Below, in pieces: positions 29,293 through 38,926 of a stretch of 64,000 bases of DNA (within the stretch, counting starts at the first letter, position 1; every line of letters begins with the position of its first letter). The DNA lies in the NCBI GenBank assembly GCA_963770835.1, contig CAVYRH010000026.1, positions 480,001 to 544,000 on the forward strand, written 5' to 3'. This stretch comes from an uncultured Pseudomonadota bacterium (GTDB lineage Bacteria > Oederibacteriota > Muellerivitia > Muellerivitales > Muellerivitaceae). The notes under the pieces are model-generated. The model was not told where the DNA came from. It saw nothing but the letters and a program-made list of their open reading frames with translations, and ran no database searches. The translations under genes were made by a program, and so were the position numbers.

Positions 29293-30102
29293 TCACTTCT
29301 TTTGGATCCAATCCACGATTTCCTTTGCCACCTGCTCGACCGGCATATCCTTGACCACTTGTGTATCCCGCTTCTGCTTGGGGAGCACCACCGATTGAAC
29401 GGAAAAACCTTCCGCCGGAAGCTTCACGGCCTTGGCCTTTTGCAGGGAAGGCATCAGCGTCCGCATGTTGGCCATGCCCACTTGGGGATTATTGGGCGGT
29501 TCGGGCCGGTTGCCCGTGGCCCAACCCAACACCGCGGGTGGGGCGGCCAAAACCGATACCTGGTGCTTGCCGCCCTCCACGCGTTCCAGGATTTCCATGG
29601 AACCATCCGCGTTGACCGCCAGGCGGTCCACGCCCTGGAATTGCTCCGCCAGTCCCAACTTTTCGCCCAGGATGGACAAAGTGGATCCCGCACCGCGGGA
29701 AGCGGATTCCCAGCCGCCGAAAAGAAGCAAGCGGAACCGGTCGAGTCCGGCGATGGACTGGACGGCCTCGGCCAGGGCCAAGGCGCATTCGGTGGCGTCG
29801 GTGAAACCGCCCACCGGGGCATCCACGGCCACCAGTTCAAAAGGCGCCTTCTGGGCCAGGGCCATCAAGACTTGTTGGAGCTTGGCCTTGGGGGCGGCCG
29901 AAACCAGCCAAACCTTGCTTCCTGGGTTGGCCTTGGCCAGCCCGTCGGCCTCATAAAGGGCGTTGGCCGCCCAAGGATCGAGAATGGAAGGCAGCATGGC
30001 CTCGTTCTTTAAGGCCCAGCCCCCGGGACCCGATACCGGCTCCAGGGTCTGTAAAGGGTCGGGCACCAGCCCGCCGCAAACGACGATGTGGAAAAAAGCC
30101 AT
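29293..30102 (-). CDS. etfB: Electron transfer flavoprotein beta subunit (divergent)
   Basis: IVVCGGLVPD, LDPWAANAL, LLLFGGWES, ERVEGG; AAGGAG RBS. Confidence 0.85.
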   Translation of the reverse strand: MAFFHIVVCGGLVPDPLQTLEPVSGPGGWALKNEAMLPSILDPWAANALYEADGLAKANPGSKVWLVSAAPKAKLQQVLMALAQKAPFELVAVDAPVGGFTDATECALALAEAVQSIAGLDRFRLLLFGGWESASRGAGSTLSILGEKLGLAEQFQGVDRLAVNADGSMEILERVEGGKHQVSVLAAPPAVLGWATGNRPEPPNNPQVGMANMRTLMPSLQKAKAVKLPAEGFSVQSVVLPKQKRDTQVVKDMPVEQVAKEIVDWIQKK

Positions 30103-30201
30103 GAAAAACTCCTTCAAAAAGTTTGAACTACCAAGGGTGAATCATTGCAGCTGGCGGATGGCCCGGCTTATGGCCGACGACTAAAGATTGAAAACCGGTT
30201 T

Positions 30202-32028
30202 TTAATTTTCAGCGGAGTGCAATCCGCCCGCACCCGCCCCAAAATCCAGGTTGGACCGGCCCGTTAAGGCATCGATCAGGTGGGCGCAGTTCCAAAGGCA
30301 AGCCCCGCAATGAACGCATTTTTCCCGGTCAAAGGTGACCCCGCCATCCTCCACCACGGCCAGGGCCTGGCCCGAGCACATGTCCACGCAAAGCTTACGG
30401 TCGCAGATCTTGCAAACCTGGGGCTTTAAGACCATCACGTGGTCCGCGAAACCCGGCGTGGCCTGAACCTTGCCGCCCACCAAAAGGGCGTCCTGGTGCG
30501 AAACCAAAAGCTGGCCGTCATAGGGTACGGCGGGCCAGCCCATCTTATCCATCAGGGCGTCATGCAGGCTCCGGCCCGTGATGCGGCAGTCCTTGCGGAT
30601 TGCGTCGATCTCCCCCTCGGTCAATCTCCCGTAGTAGAAATCCGCCAAGCTGGGAACGCGTTTGTAGGGCGGCAGGGGCTTGCCCGGCCATCCCAAAAGA
30701 CCGCCAGTGACGCCGGAGAGGGCCATGCCCAGCACCCCCTGCACGGAGCCCTTCTGGAAACCGTCCCGGGCCTTCTCGGCCATTTGGCCTTCCCGGTAGA
30801 CCCAGCTTTCCCGGCGCCGCCGAACGTAGGTTTGCTCCAAACCGGTTTTGGTGAAGGGATTGTGTTCGTGTAAAAGCTGCAGCACGCCCTCGGCCAGCTG
30901 CACACCCGTTTCCCAAGCCTCGTCCACGCCGGAATTGGTCAGCACGTTGGTGGAACCGGACCCCTCGCCGATACGGGCGAATCCGTCGCCCACCAGATAG
31001 GGTTCACCCTTCAACCCCGATTCCTGCAGGGATTTGGCGCCCCAGGACCGCAGGGAGGCCCCCTTCAGGTGTTTCCAAATGGCGGGGTGGAGCATCCAAT
31101 GCTGGAGATAGCGGTAACTGGTGCGGACCGGGCTGTCAAACCAGGAGGGAACGAAAATGCCGGCGGTGGCCACGTTGCCCGGATACACGTAAAGGAATCC
31201 GAAAATCTCAGGCTCGGGATAACCCATGGTATGCAGCACCATGCCGGGTTTTAAGGAAGTGTCGGCCGGGAGATCCACCACCACCTTCATCCCCAAGGCC
31301 CACTCGTGGGTGGAATGCTCCGGTGGCATGCCGTAATGCATATCCAACTGGCGGCCCACGGGGCCCACGGGGCCGTCGCCCACCACGGTCAGAGCCGCCT
31401 TAATGTCCATGCCCGGCAGATAACCCGGCCCCGGTTCCCCCTTTTTGTCCACGCCTTGGTCGGCCAATTGGATGCCCACGACCTTTCCATCCTCAAAGAG
31501 GGCTTTCGCCACCGGCGTGCCGGGCCACAATTGCACCAGGCCGGAGGACATCAACTGCGAACCCACCCATTGGTTGAACTGGCCCAGGGAAAAAACCAGG
31601 CCGTCCTTCTTATGAAGGTAGGGGGGGACATAGGGAAGGGCAAAGGCCATATCTTTCTTAATCCCGGGAAGACGTTTCAGGACCGCGTCGGCGGCTTTCA
31701 CCAAGAAAGGCCTGCGGCTGGCGCCCACGGGATCCAAAAGATAAAGTACCTTTTCTTCCGAGACGGGGGCGCAAAAGGGAATCTGCTTGAATTCGCCGTT
31801 GGGGAAGGAAGCCTGGAGGCTCCGGGCCCGGGAAACCACGCCCGAGACGCCGTAACCCAGGTCGTCGGCGCGCTCGTAGCAGACCACTTGCAAGGGTAAG
31901 CCGGGCGAAACCCGGCTCTCAAAGGCCGGCGTACCGTCGGACTTGGTCAGGCCCCGGGTAAGGGTTGTCAGGAAGCCGCCGGTGGCGGGGCCGAAACCCA
32001 CGCAAACGATGTCGGCTTCCATGGTCAT
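30202..32028 (-). CDS. ETF:quinone oxidoreductase-like flavoprotein with C-terminal 4Fe-4S ferredoxin domain
   Basis: ADIVCVGFGPA FAD motif, DQGVDKKG, CKIC..CVDMC and CVHCGAC clusters. Confidence 0.88.
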   Translation of the reverse strand: MTMEADIVCVGFGPATGGFLTTLTRGLTKSDGTPAFESRVSPGLPLQVVCYERADDLGYGVSGVVSRARSLQASFPNGEFKQIPFCAPVSEEKVLYLLDPVGASRRPFLVKAADAVLKRLPGIKKDMAFALPYVPPYLHKKDGLVFSLGQFNQWVGSQLMSSGLVQLWPGTPVAKALFEDGKVVGIQLADQGVDKKGEPGPGYLPGMDIKAALTVVGDGPVGPVGRQLDMHYGMPPEHSTHEWALGMKVVVDLPADTSLKPGMVLHTMGYPEPEIFGFLYVYPGNVATAGIFVPSWFDSPVRTSYRYLQHWMLHPAIWKHLKGASLRSWGAKSLQESGLKGEPYLVGDGFARIGEGSGSTNVLTNSGVDEAWETGVQLAEGVLQLLHEHNPFTKTGLEQTYVRRRRESWVYREGQMAEKARDGFQKGSVQGVLGMALSGVTGGLLGWPGKPLPPYKRVPSLADFYYGRLTEGEIDAIRKDCRITGRSLHDALMDKMGWPAVPYDGQLLVSHQDALLVGGKVQATPGFADHVMVLKPQVCKICDRKLCVDMCSGQALAVVEDGGVTFDREKCVHCGACLWNCAHLIDALTGRSNLDFGAGAGGLHSAEN

Positions 32029-32137
32029 GCGTTCGACCGCCGGGTGGTGGTGATGCGGGTGAGTGGTGCTCGTGGAGGCTCAAGGGACCGATCAGTATCC
32101 GCATCACGTTGCGGGTAGTCCAACGCCTCGGGGATCA

Positions 32138-34348
32138 TCACCGGGTCAAGGCCTGCGCGGCGCGGTCCTTGGCCAGGCGGCAGCCGGTCATGCAACCGTC
32201 CAGCTTGGAGCGAAGGCTGATAAAGGGTTCCAGGCCTCCCATGAGGGCGCAGGGCCCGCGTTTTAAAGGATGGCTTCCGTCGTCATCCACGACGTCCGAG
32301 TAACCGTAAGCCACGCTCTCAATGCCCGGTACGTAGTTTTCCAGGCCCTCCAGTTCCGATTCGTTGAAACAGGCCTGGCAGCCCTCCGCGTCCCAGCGGG
32401 GGTGCCGGTTGTAACCGAAAGCCAGCTCCGCGCAGATACGGGAAACTTCGCCCCCCGCGCGGGCCGCCTGCACTTGGCAGAGGTCGGTCAGGAAGGCCAG
32501 GGTTCCCGGCAGGGTCTCGGCCAGGGCGGGGTTGGAGGCGCCCTTTTGTTCCAATTCCAAGAGGTCAAGGATCTGTTGGCGGGAAGCCAAGAGCCAGCAC
32601 AGGGCGTCGGCCATGGGGAAGGACACCCCCTGGCGGTTGGGACTGAAAAGCTTGTGACCGTCCGCGTCGGTGGATTCCTTCAAATGGCCGAGGGTCCACA
32701 GCCACATCTGCATGGCGGTGCCCAGGCCGCAGGCGCCGGTCTCGGGGTGGTCGGCGGCGATGGCCTTCAGGTCCATGATCCAATGCCTGAATTGCTCCAG
32801 GAAAAGCGGATGGGCCATGGTGATGGAAAGCTGGCGGCGCTGTACGGCCTCCGGCCCCTCGTAGGTGGCTTCCAATTGGGCGTCCATCCACTTGTGGCCC
32901 AGGAAACCCGGGCAGTCCTCGGTGATGCCGTAGCCGCCCATAAGGCTGACCGCCTCCCGGAGGGCGTTGGCGCCCTGCCCGGTGTTCCAAAGCTTGGTGG
33001 CGGGGCAAAGCACGTTGGCGACCGGTTCCATAACCGCGAACTGGACCAGGGGATCTTTTTTCAGGGCCTCAAACTGCGACGCGTTGCGGCGTCCCTGCGG
33101 CATGCGGGTCATCTGGAGGTATTCCAGGGCCTGGTCTTCCACCTTGGCCATTTCCTTCATGCGGGCCCGGGCGCCCTTGATGCCCTTTTCATCCAAGATC
33201 CGGTTCTTCTCCTTTTCCAGGGGGTCCAGTTCGTCGTAAAGGCGGGTGGTGGCGAACCCTAAGGAAGCCCCGGCCTCGCCCATGCCCCAGACGTCCACCA
33301 AGCGGTGAAGGGCGTCTTCCTTGGTTTGGATGCCCAGGTCGTAGCGCGGGGTGCCCGGCGTGGCGGAAGCGCCGCCCCGGAACCTTTGGCGGTGGTAGCG
33401 GATGACGGGCTCAATGGCTGAAAGAAGTTTGGCCGCGGTGATGAGCCCCACGGTCACGCGGGTGCGCTTGAAGACCGACTCGATGATCTCGCTATGGGTG
33501 TAGTTGGGGACGATGACGCCGTCCTTCACGGTGTAGCCGCCTACGATGCGCGAGGCGGGGACCTTCATGTTGAAATTGGGGTCACGGGTGGAGGAAAGCT
33601 GGTGCACCAGCTTCTTGGTGGCCGTGCCCCGGTCGAACACGCCTGGGTCGCCCTCCTCCAGGATGACCATGCAGGAGGATTTGATGCGCTTGTCGTCGGT
33701 ATCCACGGCCGCGGTGACGAAGGTGGCGTAATCCATGTTGGTGATGAAGCGGCCCCGCTTGTCGATTTCCAGCATCGGTTCCTTGCCGTCCTTCCATTCG
33801 GCCACGCGTGCCTTGCCGCACAAAAGGCCGGTCTCCACGCCCACGTAGGGCAGGGGTTCGGTGAGGGCAAAGGCGGCCCGCATGGTCTTGCGGTTCTCGC
33901 CCGGTTTGGCCGGCGCGGCCATCTTCATATACTTGGCCACTTGCTCGGGGGTGCCGCACTCATGGATGGGGGCCAGCCCCAGGTTTCCGGCCAGGGAAGC
34001 GGTAGCGGCCCCGCCGTCCACCCAGGCCAGTTCGAAGGCCACCAGGGACATGATCAGGTTCTTGGGCCCCTCGAAAAGGCCGCCGTATTCCGGGGGAAGG
34101 AAAGCGCCCGTGATGCCGGAATCGTCATACACTCTCAGGAGGGAATTCTTCTCCTCGGTCCACTCGTGGCTGTTGCGGGCCCCCTGGGCCACCAACCGGG
34201 CCACGGGCCCCCGGGCCACGGACCGAGCGGATTGGACCAGCATCTGGTAGTCGAAACGGTCCTGGTAACGCCAAAGGATCTGCCGGATTTCGTCCCCCGG
34301 GAGGGTCTGCAGCACGGGCGTCTGGGTGTCTGTGGAAGTCTGGGACAT
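32138..34348 (-). CDS. Long acyl-CoA dehydrogenase family protein
   Basis: PPEYGG, AFALTEP, GRFITN, MGGYGITED, YEGPEAVQ motifs; C-terminus probably affected by an indel. Confidence 0.92.
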   Translation of the reverse strand: MSQTSTDTQTPVLQTLPGDEIRQILWRYQDRFDYQMLVQSARSVARGPVARLVAQGARNSHEWTEEKNSLLRVYDDSGITGAFLPPEYGGLFEGPKNLIMSLVAFELAWVDGGAATASLAGNLGLAPIHECGTPEQVAKYMKMAAPAKPGENRKTMRAAFALTEPLPYVGVETGLLCGKARVAEWKDGKEPMLEIDKRGRFITNMDYATFVTAAVDTDDKRIKSSCMVILEEGDPGVFDRGTATKKLVHQLSSTRDPNFNMKVPASRIVGGYTVKDGVIVPNYTHSEIIESVFKRTRVTVGLITAAKLLSAIEPVIRYHRQRFRGGASATPGTPRYDLGIQTKEDALHRLVDVWGMGEAGASLGFATTRLYDELDPLEKEKNRILDEKGIKGARARMKEMAKVEDQALEYLQMTRMPQGRRNASQFEALKKDPLVQFAVMEPVANVLCPATKLWNTGQGANALREAVSLMGGYGITEDCPGFLGHKWMDAQLEATYEGPEAVQRRQLSITMAHPLFLEQFRHWIMDLKAIAADHPETGACGLGTAMQMWLWTLGHLKESTDADGHKLFSPNRQGVSFPMADALCWLLASRQQILDLLELEQKGASNPALAETLPGTLAFLTDLCQVQAARAGGEVSRICAELAFGYNRHPRWDAEGCQACFNESELEGLENYVPGIESVAYGYSDVVDDDGSHPLKRGPCALMGGLEPFISLRSKLDGCMTGCRLAKDRAAQALTR

Positions 34349-34531
34349 ATACATCTCCTTGTCGAATTTGGGGAGTAGGGGCTTGGCGAACTGCCCAAAT
34401 GATAACGGTGGGAGGAGGGGCCTTATATGACCGGAGTCATCCTAAATAGGATGCTTCGAGAAGGTTTTTGCGACAAAAACAAAGCAGGCTAGAACTTGAT
34501 TTACTTGGATTGGAGAGAAAGAAACGGTTTG

Positions 34532-35668
34532 TTAGGGAGTATGTTTTCGAACCAAGACAGCAAGGCGGGAGAGGCCTTCCTCCATGTCCGATTCCGAGGC
34601 ATGGCTGAAGTTCAGCCGCAGGAACCCGTGGGGCGCGGGCTGCTCCACGAAAAAGGCCTCGCCCGGCATAAACGCCACCTTTTTGCGGAGGGCCTTCTGG
34701 AATAGGACCCGGGTGTCCAGTGGCTTGTTCAGGGCCAGCCAAAAGAAAAGCCCGCCCTGGGGGATGGACCAGGACGCCAGGCCCGAGAAGCGGCTTTTCA
34801 GCACCCGGGCAAAGCGGTCCCTTTTGCCGCGGTAATGAAAGACCAACCGGCCCATGCGGGCCTCGAGCCCACGGGAATTCAGGTGTTGAAGGACCAGCCA
34901 TTGGCTGAGGCGGTTGGTGTGCAGGTCCGCCGCCTGCTTCAAACGGGCCAGATGGGGAAAGAGGCCCTTGGAGGCCGCCAAAAAACCGATCCGAAGGCCC
35001 GGCGCAAGGGTTTTAGAAAAGGAGCCTTGGTAAATCCATTCGGTTTTTTTCAGAAAGGCGCAAACCGGCGTCCGATCGCAGGGGCCGTAGGCCAGGTCCC
35101 GGTAGGGATCGTCCTCCAAGACCGGAATCCGCCGCCGGTCGCATTCTTTGGCGACCGTCTGGCGCTCCTCGGTGGAAAGGCAGCGGCCGGTCGGGTTTTG
35201 GAAAGTGGGGTTCAGGTAAAGAAGGACCGGTAAAGGACGTTCCCAAGTGGGACGTGAAGGATCGAGGATATTGAAGCTGGCGCCGAAAAACCGGAACACC
35301 TGCAGGGCGGCCAGGTAAGCGGGGGATTCCAAGGCCACCGGGCTGCCCTTGTCCACGAAAAGCTTGGCCGCCAGGTCGATGCCCTGTTGGGAACCTGAAA
35401 GGATGAGGATTTGATCCGGCCCGGTATGGATTCCCAACCCCTGAAGTTTTTTGGCCAAAAGGTCCCGCAATTCCGGTTCGCCCTCGGTGGGGCCATATTG
35501 GAGGTATCGGGCGGGAACGGATTCGGCCCGCAATGAAGGAAAGAGTTCCGCATCTGGAAGCCCACCGGCGAAAGAAATCACACCCCGGGAGACCGACCGC
35601 AGGACCTCGCGGATGGGAGAACCCTGGAGGTTTTCGACCCTTTTTGAAAAAACGGGGGTTTTCAGCAT
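34532..35668 (-). CDS. PLP-dependent aminotransferase (class I/II, 2-aminoadipate transaminase-like)
   Basis: ISFAGGLPD, NPTFQNPTG, EDDPY, GSFSKTLAPGLRIG. Confidence 0.92.
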   Translation of the reverse strand: MLKTPVFSKRVENLQGSPIREVLRSVSRGVISFAGGLPDAELFPSLRAESVPARYLQYGPTEGEPELRDLLAKKLQGLGIHTGPDQILILSGSQQGIDLAAKLFVDKGSPVALESPAYLAALQVFRFFGASFNILDPSRPTWERPLPVLLYLNPTFQNPTGRCLSTEERQTVAKECDRRRIPVLEDDPYRDLAYGPCDRTPVCAFLKKTEWIYQGSFSKTLAPGLRIGFLAASKGLFPHLARLKQAADLHTNRLSQWLVLQHLNSRGLEARMGRLVFHYRGKRDRFARVLKSRFSGLASWSIPQGGLFFWLALNKPLDTRVLFQKALRKKVAFMPGEAFFVEQPAPHGFLRLNFSHASESDMEEGLSRLAVLVRKHTP

Positions 35669-35686
35669 GACCGGCCTCGTCCCGAT

Positions 35687-35753
35687 AATAAGTCAAGAGT
35701 ATTGACTTATTGAAAGCTTAGCCCGGCAGCGATAACATGTCAATATGATTGAC
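35687..35753. promoter_or_regulatory. MarR operator pair and promoter
   Basis: AATAAGTCAA-N5-TTGACTTATT (35687-35711) and GTCAA-N5-TTGAC (35739-35753); TTGAAA-N17-TAACAT. Confidence 0.75.
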
Positions 35754-36203
35754 CTAAAAAGGCAAGCCGAACTCAAACGGGCAATGGAACTCTTCTTTTT
35801 CGCCTACCGGGCCTTCACGGCCCGGCCCGACCGCATCCTCGAGAAGCGGGGCCTGGGCCGGGTCCACCACCGGATCCTCCATTTCGTGGGGCGCAATCCC
35901 GGCATTTCGGTGAACGACCTACTGAAGATCCTGGGGGTGAGCAAGCAGGCCTTGAATGCCCCCTTGCGCCAATTGGTGGGAATGAAGCTCATCTCCGCCG
36001 GTGCGGCAGACCATGACCGGCGCTATAAGAAGCTTTATTTGACGCCCGAATGCAAGGCGCTGGAAGGCCAGCTCAGCGGAACCCAGATGGAACTTATGGA
36101 GAAGGTGTTTTCCCGAATGGGTCCGGCCAAGGAAAAGGCCTGGCGGGAGATCATGGAGGAAATCGCGGAACTGAAAAAAGAAAGCGAAGGGAAAAAGGGC
36201 TGA
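35745..36203 (+). CDS. MarR family transcriptional regulator
   Basis: FFAYRAFT, HHRILHFV, VSKQALNAPLRQL, DRRYKKLYLT. Confidence 0.93.
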   Translation: MIDLKRQAELKRAMELFFFAYRAFTARPDRILEKRGLGRVHHRILHFVGRNPGISVNDLLKILGVSKQALNAPLRQLVGMKLISAGAADHDRRYKKLYLTPECKALEGQLSGTQMELMEKVFSRMGPAKEKAWREIMEEIAELKKESEGKKG

Positions 36204-36433
36204 TCGGGGTGGTGAAAATAGGACTGGTGACACATAGGGGAAATAACCTGGCCCGAATTCTTCCACAAATAAAAAAACCCAGGCTCCCTGACGGGGGGCT
36301 GGGTTTAATTGGCTTGGGCGGTGAATGACGAACCGCTTTGCTCACAAGGGAAAACACCCTTGTGTATCCTTTTTAACGACCATAGGGGTGTACCCCTATG
36401 GTACCCCAGGTTCGAATCCCTTCATCCCAAAAA

Positions 36434-36475
36434 TAAAAACCCTAGCCCCTCAAATACGAGGAGCTAGGGTTTTTA
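36434..36475 (-). terminator. Terminator downstream of tRNA-Gln
   Basis: ataaaaaccctagc...gctagggtttttat hairpin. Confidence 0.8.
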
Positions 36476-36550
36476 TGGCTGGGGCGGTAGGATTCGAACC
36501 TACGAATGCCAGATCCAAAATCTGGTGACTTACCACTTGTCGACGCCCCA
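36476..36550 (-). tRNA. tRNA-Gln (TTG)
   Basis: TGGGGCGTCGACAAGTGGTAAGTCACCAGATTTTGGATCTGGCATTCGTAGGTTCGAATCCTACCGCCCCAGCCA: cloverleaf, TTG anticodon, encoded CCA. Confidence 0.97.
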
Positions 36551-36671
36551 ATCACCGCAAAAACTCTTAAGGCGGGGTGTTAATTTAATTGCCTGAAAAG
36601 CCTTAATCAAGCACCAAATGAAGGCTTAATCCACCGTTGAGACGCAGAAAAGGTCGTGTTAACCTGGATTC

Positions 36672-36878
36672 ATGGATGAAAATCCGCTTCAACCCGAACC
36701 AGCCATAACACCCCTACCTTCCCTTCTTGAAATCGGCCAAATGACAAAACCAAGTTCCTATAACAACGAAACTGAACAGCTTTTTTATACCTGCCCCCAG
36801 TGCGGCCAAGGCATGGTGACGAAAAAGTGCAAGATCGTCTGCTATCACTGCCATTATTTTATTGGATGTGTGGAGTAA
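36672..36878 (+). CDS. Small zinc-ribbon-like protein
   Basis: CPQC-x8-CKIVCYHC-x5-C; TTGAGA-N17-TAACCT promoter places +1 at the ATG. Confidence 0.6.
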   Translation: MDENPLQPEPAITPLPSLLEIGQMTKPSSYNNETEQLFYTCPQCGQGMVTKKCKIVCYHCHYFIGCVE

Positions 36879-36922
36879 CGTTACCCGATCCCCCTTCGTT
36901 AAGGTTGAATCGGGTCGATTCC

Positions 36923-36958
36923 TAAAACCCAGTTCTCCGAAAAGGAGGTTGGGTTTTA
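36923..36958. terminator. Bidirectional terminator
   Basis: taaaacccagttctcc-gaaaa-ggaggttgggtttta between convergent genes. Confidence 0.65.
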
Positions 36959-36962
36959 TTGT

Positions 36963-38759
36963 TTACTTCGAAACAAGCTTGCTTGCCAGGCAGCATCCCG
37001 GCGCGTCCAGCTTGGTGAACCTTAAGCCCGCGTAATAAAGCCGGATTCGGCCGTCCTCGCGGGTGGCGTGGACCGTGTCGCCGTCGGGGTAGAAAAGGCC
37101 TGCGATCACCGCGTCGTTATCTGAAACGGCTTCCAGGGTGATCAAGTATTCCGTGTCGGTCACGTTGAAGACCTTGCTGGTGATTTTGGCATTGACCGTC
37201 AGGAGCCCGTTGCGATCCTCCAGCTTCATGTCCTTGAACTGGGTTTCCCCGTCCGGGTCATCCAGCTCGTACCGGCCAAGGCATTCCTGCCAGCCCGGGG
37301 GGATCATCACGGGCCGTATCTTCTCGAAAACCACCGGATCGCCCAAGCCGCTCAAGATAGCCACGTCCCGGCCCTCCACCGTTGTAAACTCCACCCCGTA
37401 TTGGGGGATATGAATGGGGAAGAAGAGGATCATGATCCTCGGGATGAACTTGTTTTCGGCGGTGGGGACCAGGTCGAACTGGTGGTTCATCAGGTCCGCC
37501 CTCAGGTGTTCGCCACCCTTCGAGATCTCGGCGGCCTTGCCGATCCCCGAGTAGAAGCCGATGAATTTGTTGATCTCCTCCTCCGGCACTTTGACCAGGG
37601 GCGGCATGACCACCTTGGGTTTGGCCAGGTTGGCCGGGATGCCGTATTTTGCCTCCCGCATCCGTTTCAGCGCCCGAAGGGCGATTTCCCCGCCCAGTAC
37701 GCGCGCTTCAGCGGTGTTTGAAAGCACCACCACCCCCAGCTTCTCCTTGGTCAAGAGGGCGACCCGGCAGAAATAAGGAACGTAATCCCCGTCATGTCAG
37801 GCTAGGTCTTGGGAACCGTCGAAGTCCAAGCCGTTCAACATCCAGCCCAGCCCGATATGGTGGCCGAAATCCAGCGGAAGTCCGGGGAATTGTTCCTGGT
37901 ACATTGAGCCCAGGATTTGGGGAGGGACGAGGGCGGGTTTCCCCGTGAAAAGGAAGCGGATGAAGCGGGCCATGTCGTCGGCGGAGGAAACCATGCCCCC
38001 CGACGGGATGTCCCGCAGGTAAAGGGGCGGCGTTTCGTTGCCGTTTTGGTAACCCTTGGCCATCCTCTCCCGGACCATCGGGTTCAGGTCAAAAGTAGAG
38101 GAATCCATTCCCAGGGGCATCAACAAACCGTCCCGCATGGCCTGGGCGAAGGGTCGGCGGGTCTGGATCTCGATCAACCGGCCCAAAAGGCTGTAGTCCA
38201 GGTCGGAATATTTATAAAAGCTTTGGGGCGGTGTCGCCAAGTAGTCCTGTTTCAGGTCCTCAATCAACTGGGCCAGGGATTCGGGGTTTTCAACCCACAT
38301 GCCTTGCTGGTAGGCGGCCGGCATGCCCGAATGGTGGGCCAGGAGAGAACGAAGGGTGATAGGTTTGGAATGATGGAACCGGCTATGGATGAAAAAGTCA
38401 GGCAGAGCCTGGGAAAGGGGTTCGTCCAAACCGAGGCCCCCTTGGCCCAAAAGCCGCATTACCTCCACCGCCGTCACCACCTTTGAGACCGAGTCGACCC
38501 GATAAAGGGTGTCCGAGGTGGCGGGGGTCCGGTTTTTCTCGTCTGCGACGCCGAAACCCGTCTGCCAGACCACCTGGTCGCCATCCACCAGGGCGATGCT
38601 CAAGCCCTTCACGTGGTCGTGGTCCATTCTCTGACAGATAAAAGAGGTCAAATCGTCCTTAGTGGAGGTGTAGTCCACCTCCCCGGCGAAAATCGGAATA
38701 GGCAAAAAAACCCCAAAGAGAAAATATCCAAAAATAAATTTTAACCGCCAAGGCGGCAA
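36963..38759 (-). pseudogene. Serine hydrolase (beta-lactamase/AmpC family) interrupted by one in-frame TGA
   Basis: SVSK, LLAHHSG, YSD, GLGW, then A-TGA-HDG and LGVVVLSN in the same frame; stop at 37797-37799; start approximate. Confidence 0.85.
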
Positions 38760-38906
38760 GGCACCAAGTAAGGCAAACCGCACCAACCCTGATGGTCCAA
38801 AGTAAAAGGGAGTCTTCGGCCTTCGTAAAGCCGAATAATTTCTTTGGCTTTCTCGGCCACTACCCTTCAGGTGCAACCCCAAAGGGTTTGGCGTCTTGGC
38901 GGTGAA
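38740..38906. repeat. Palindromic element with 9-bp tandem units (CGCCAAG type)
   Basis: ttaaccgccaaggcggcaaggcaccaag ... tttggcgtcttggcggtgaa. Confidence 0.75.
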
Positions 38907-38926
38907 ACTGTTTTTGACGGCGAAGC

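Noticed and set aside
37797..37799. Selenocysteine or genome-wide TGA recoding
   Set aside because: The position is not a Cys site, and TGA clearly terminates truB, ribF, ispE, glmU and pth
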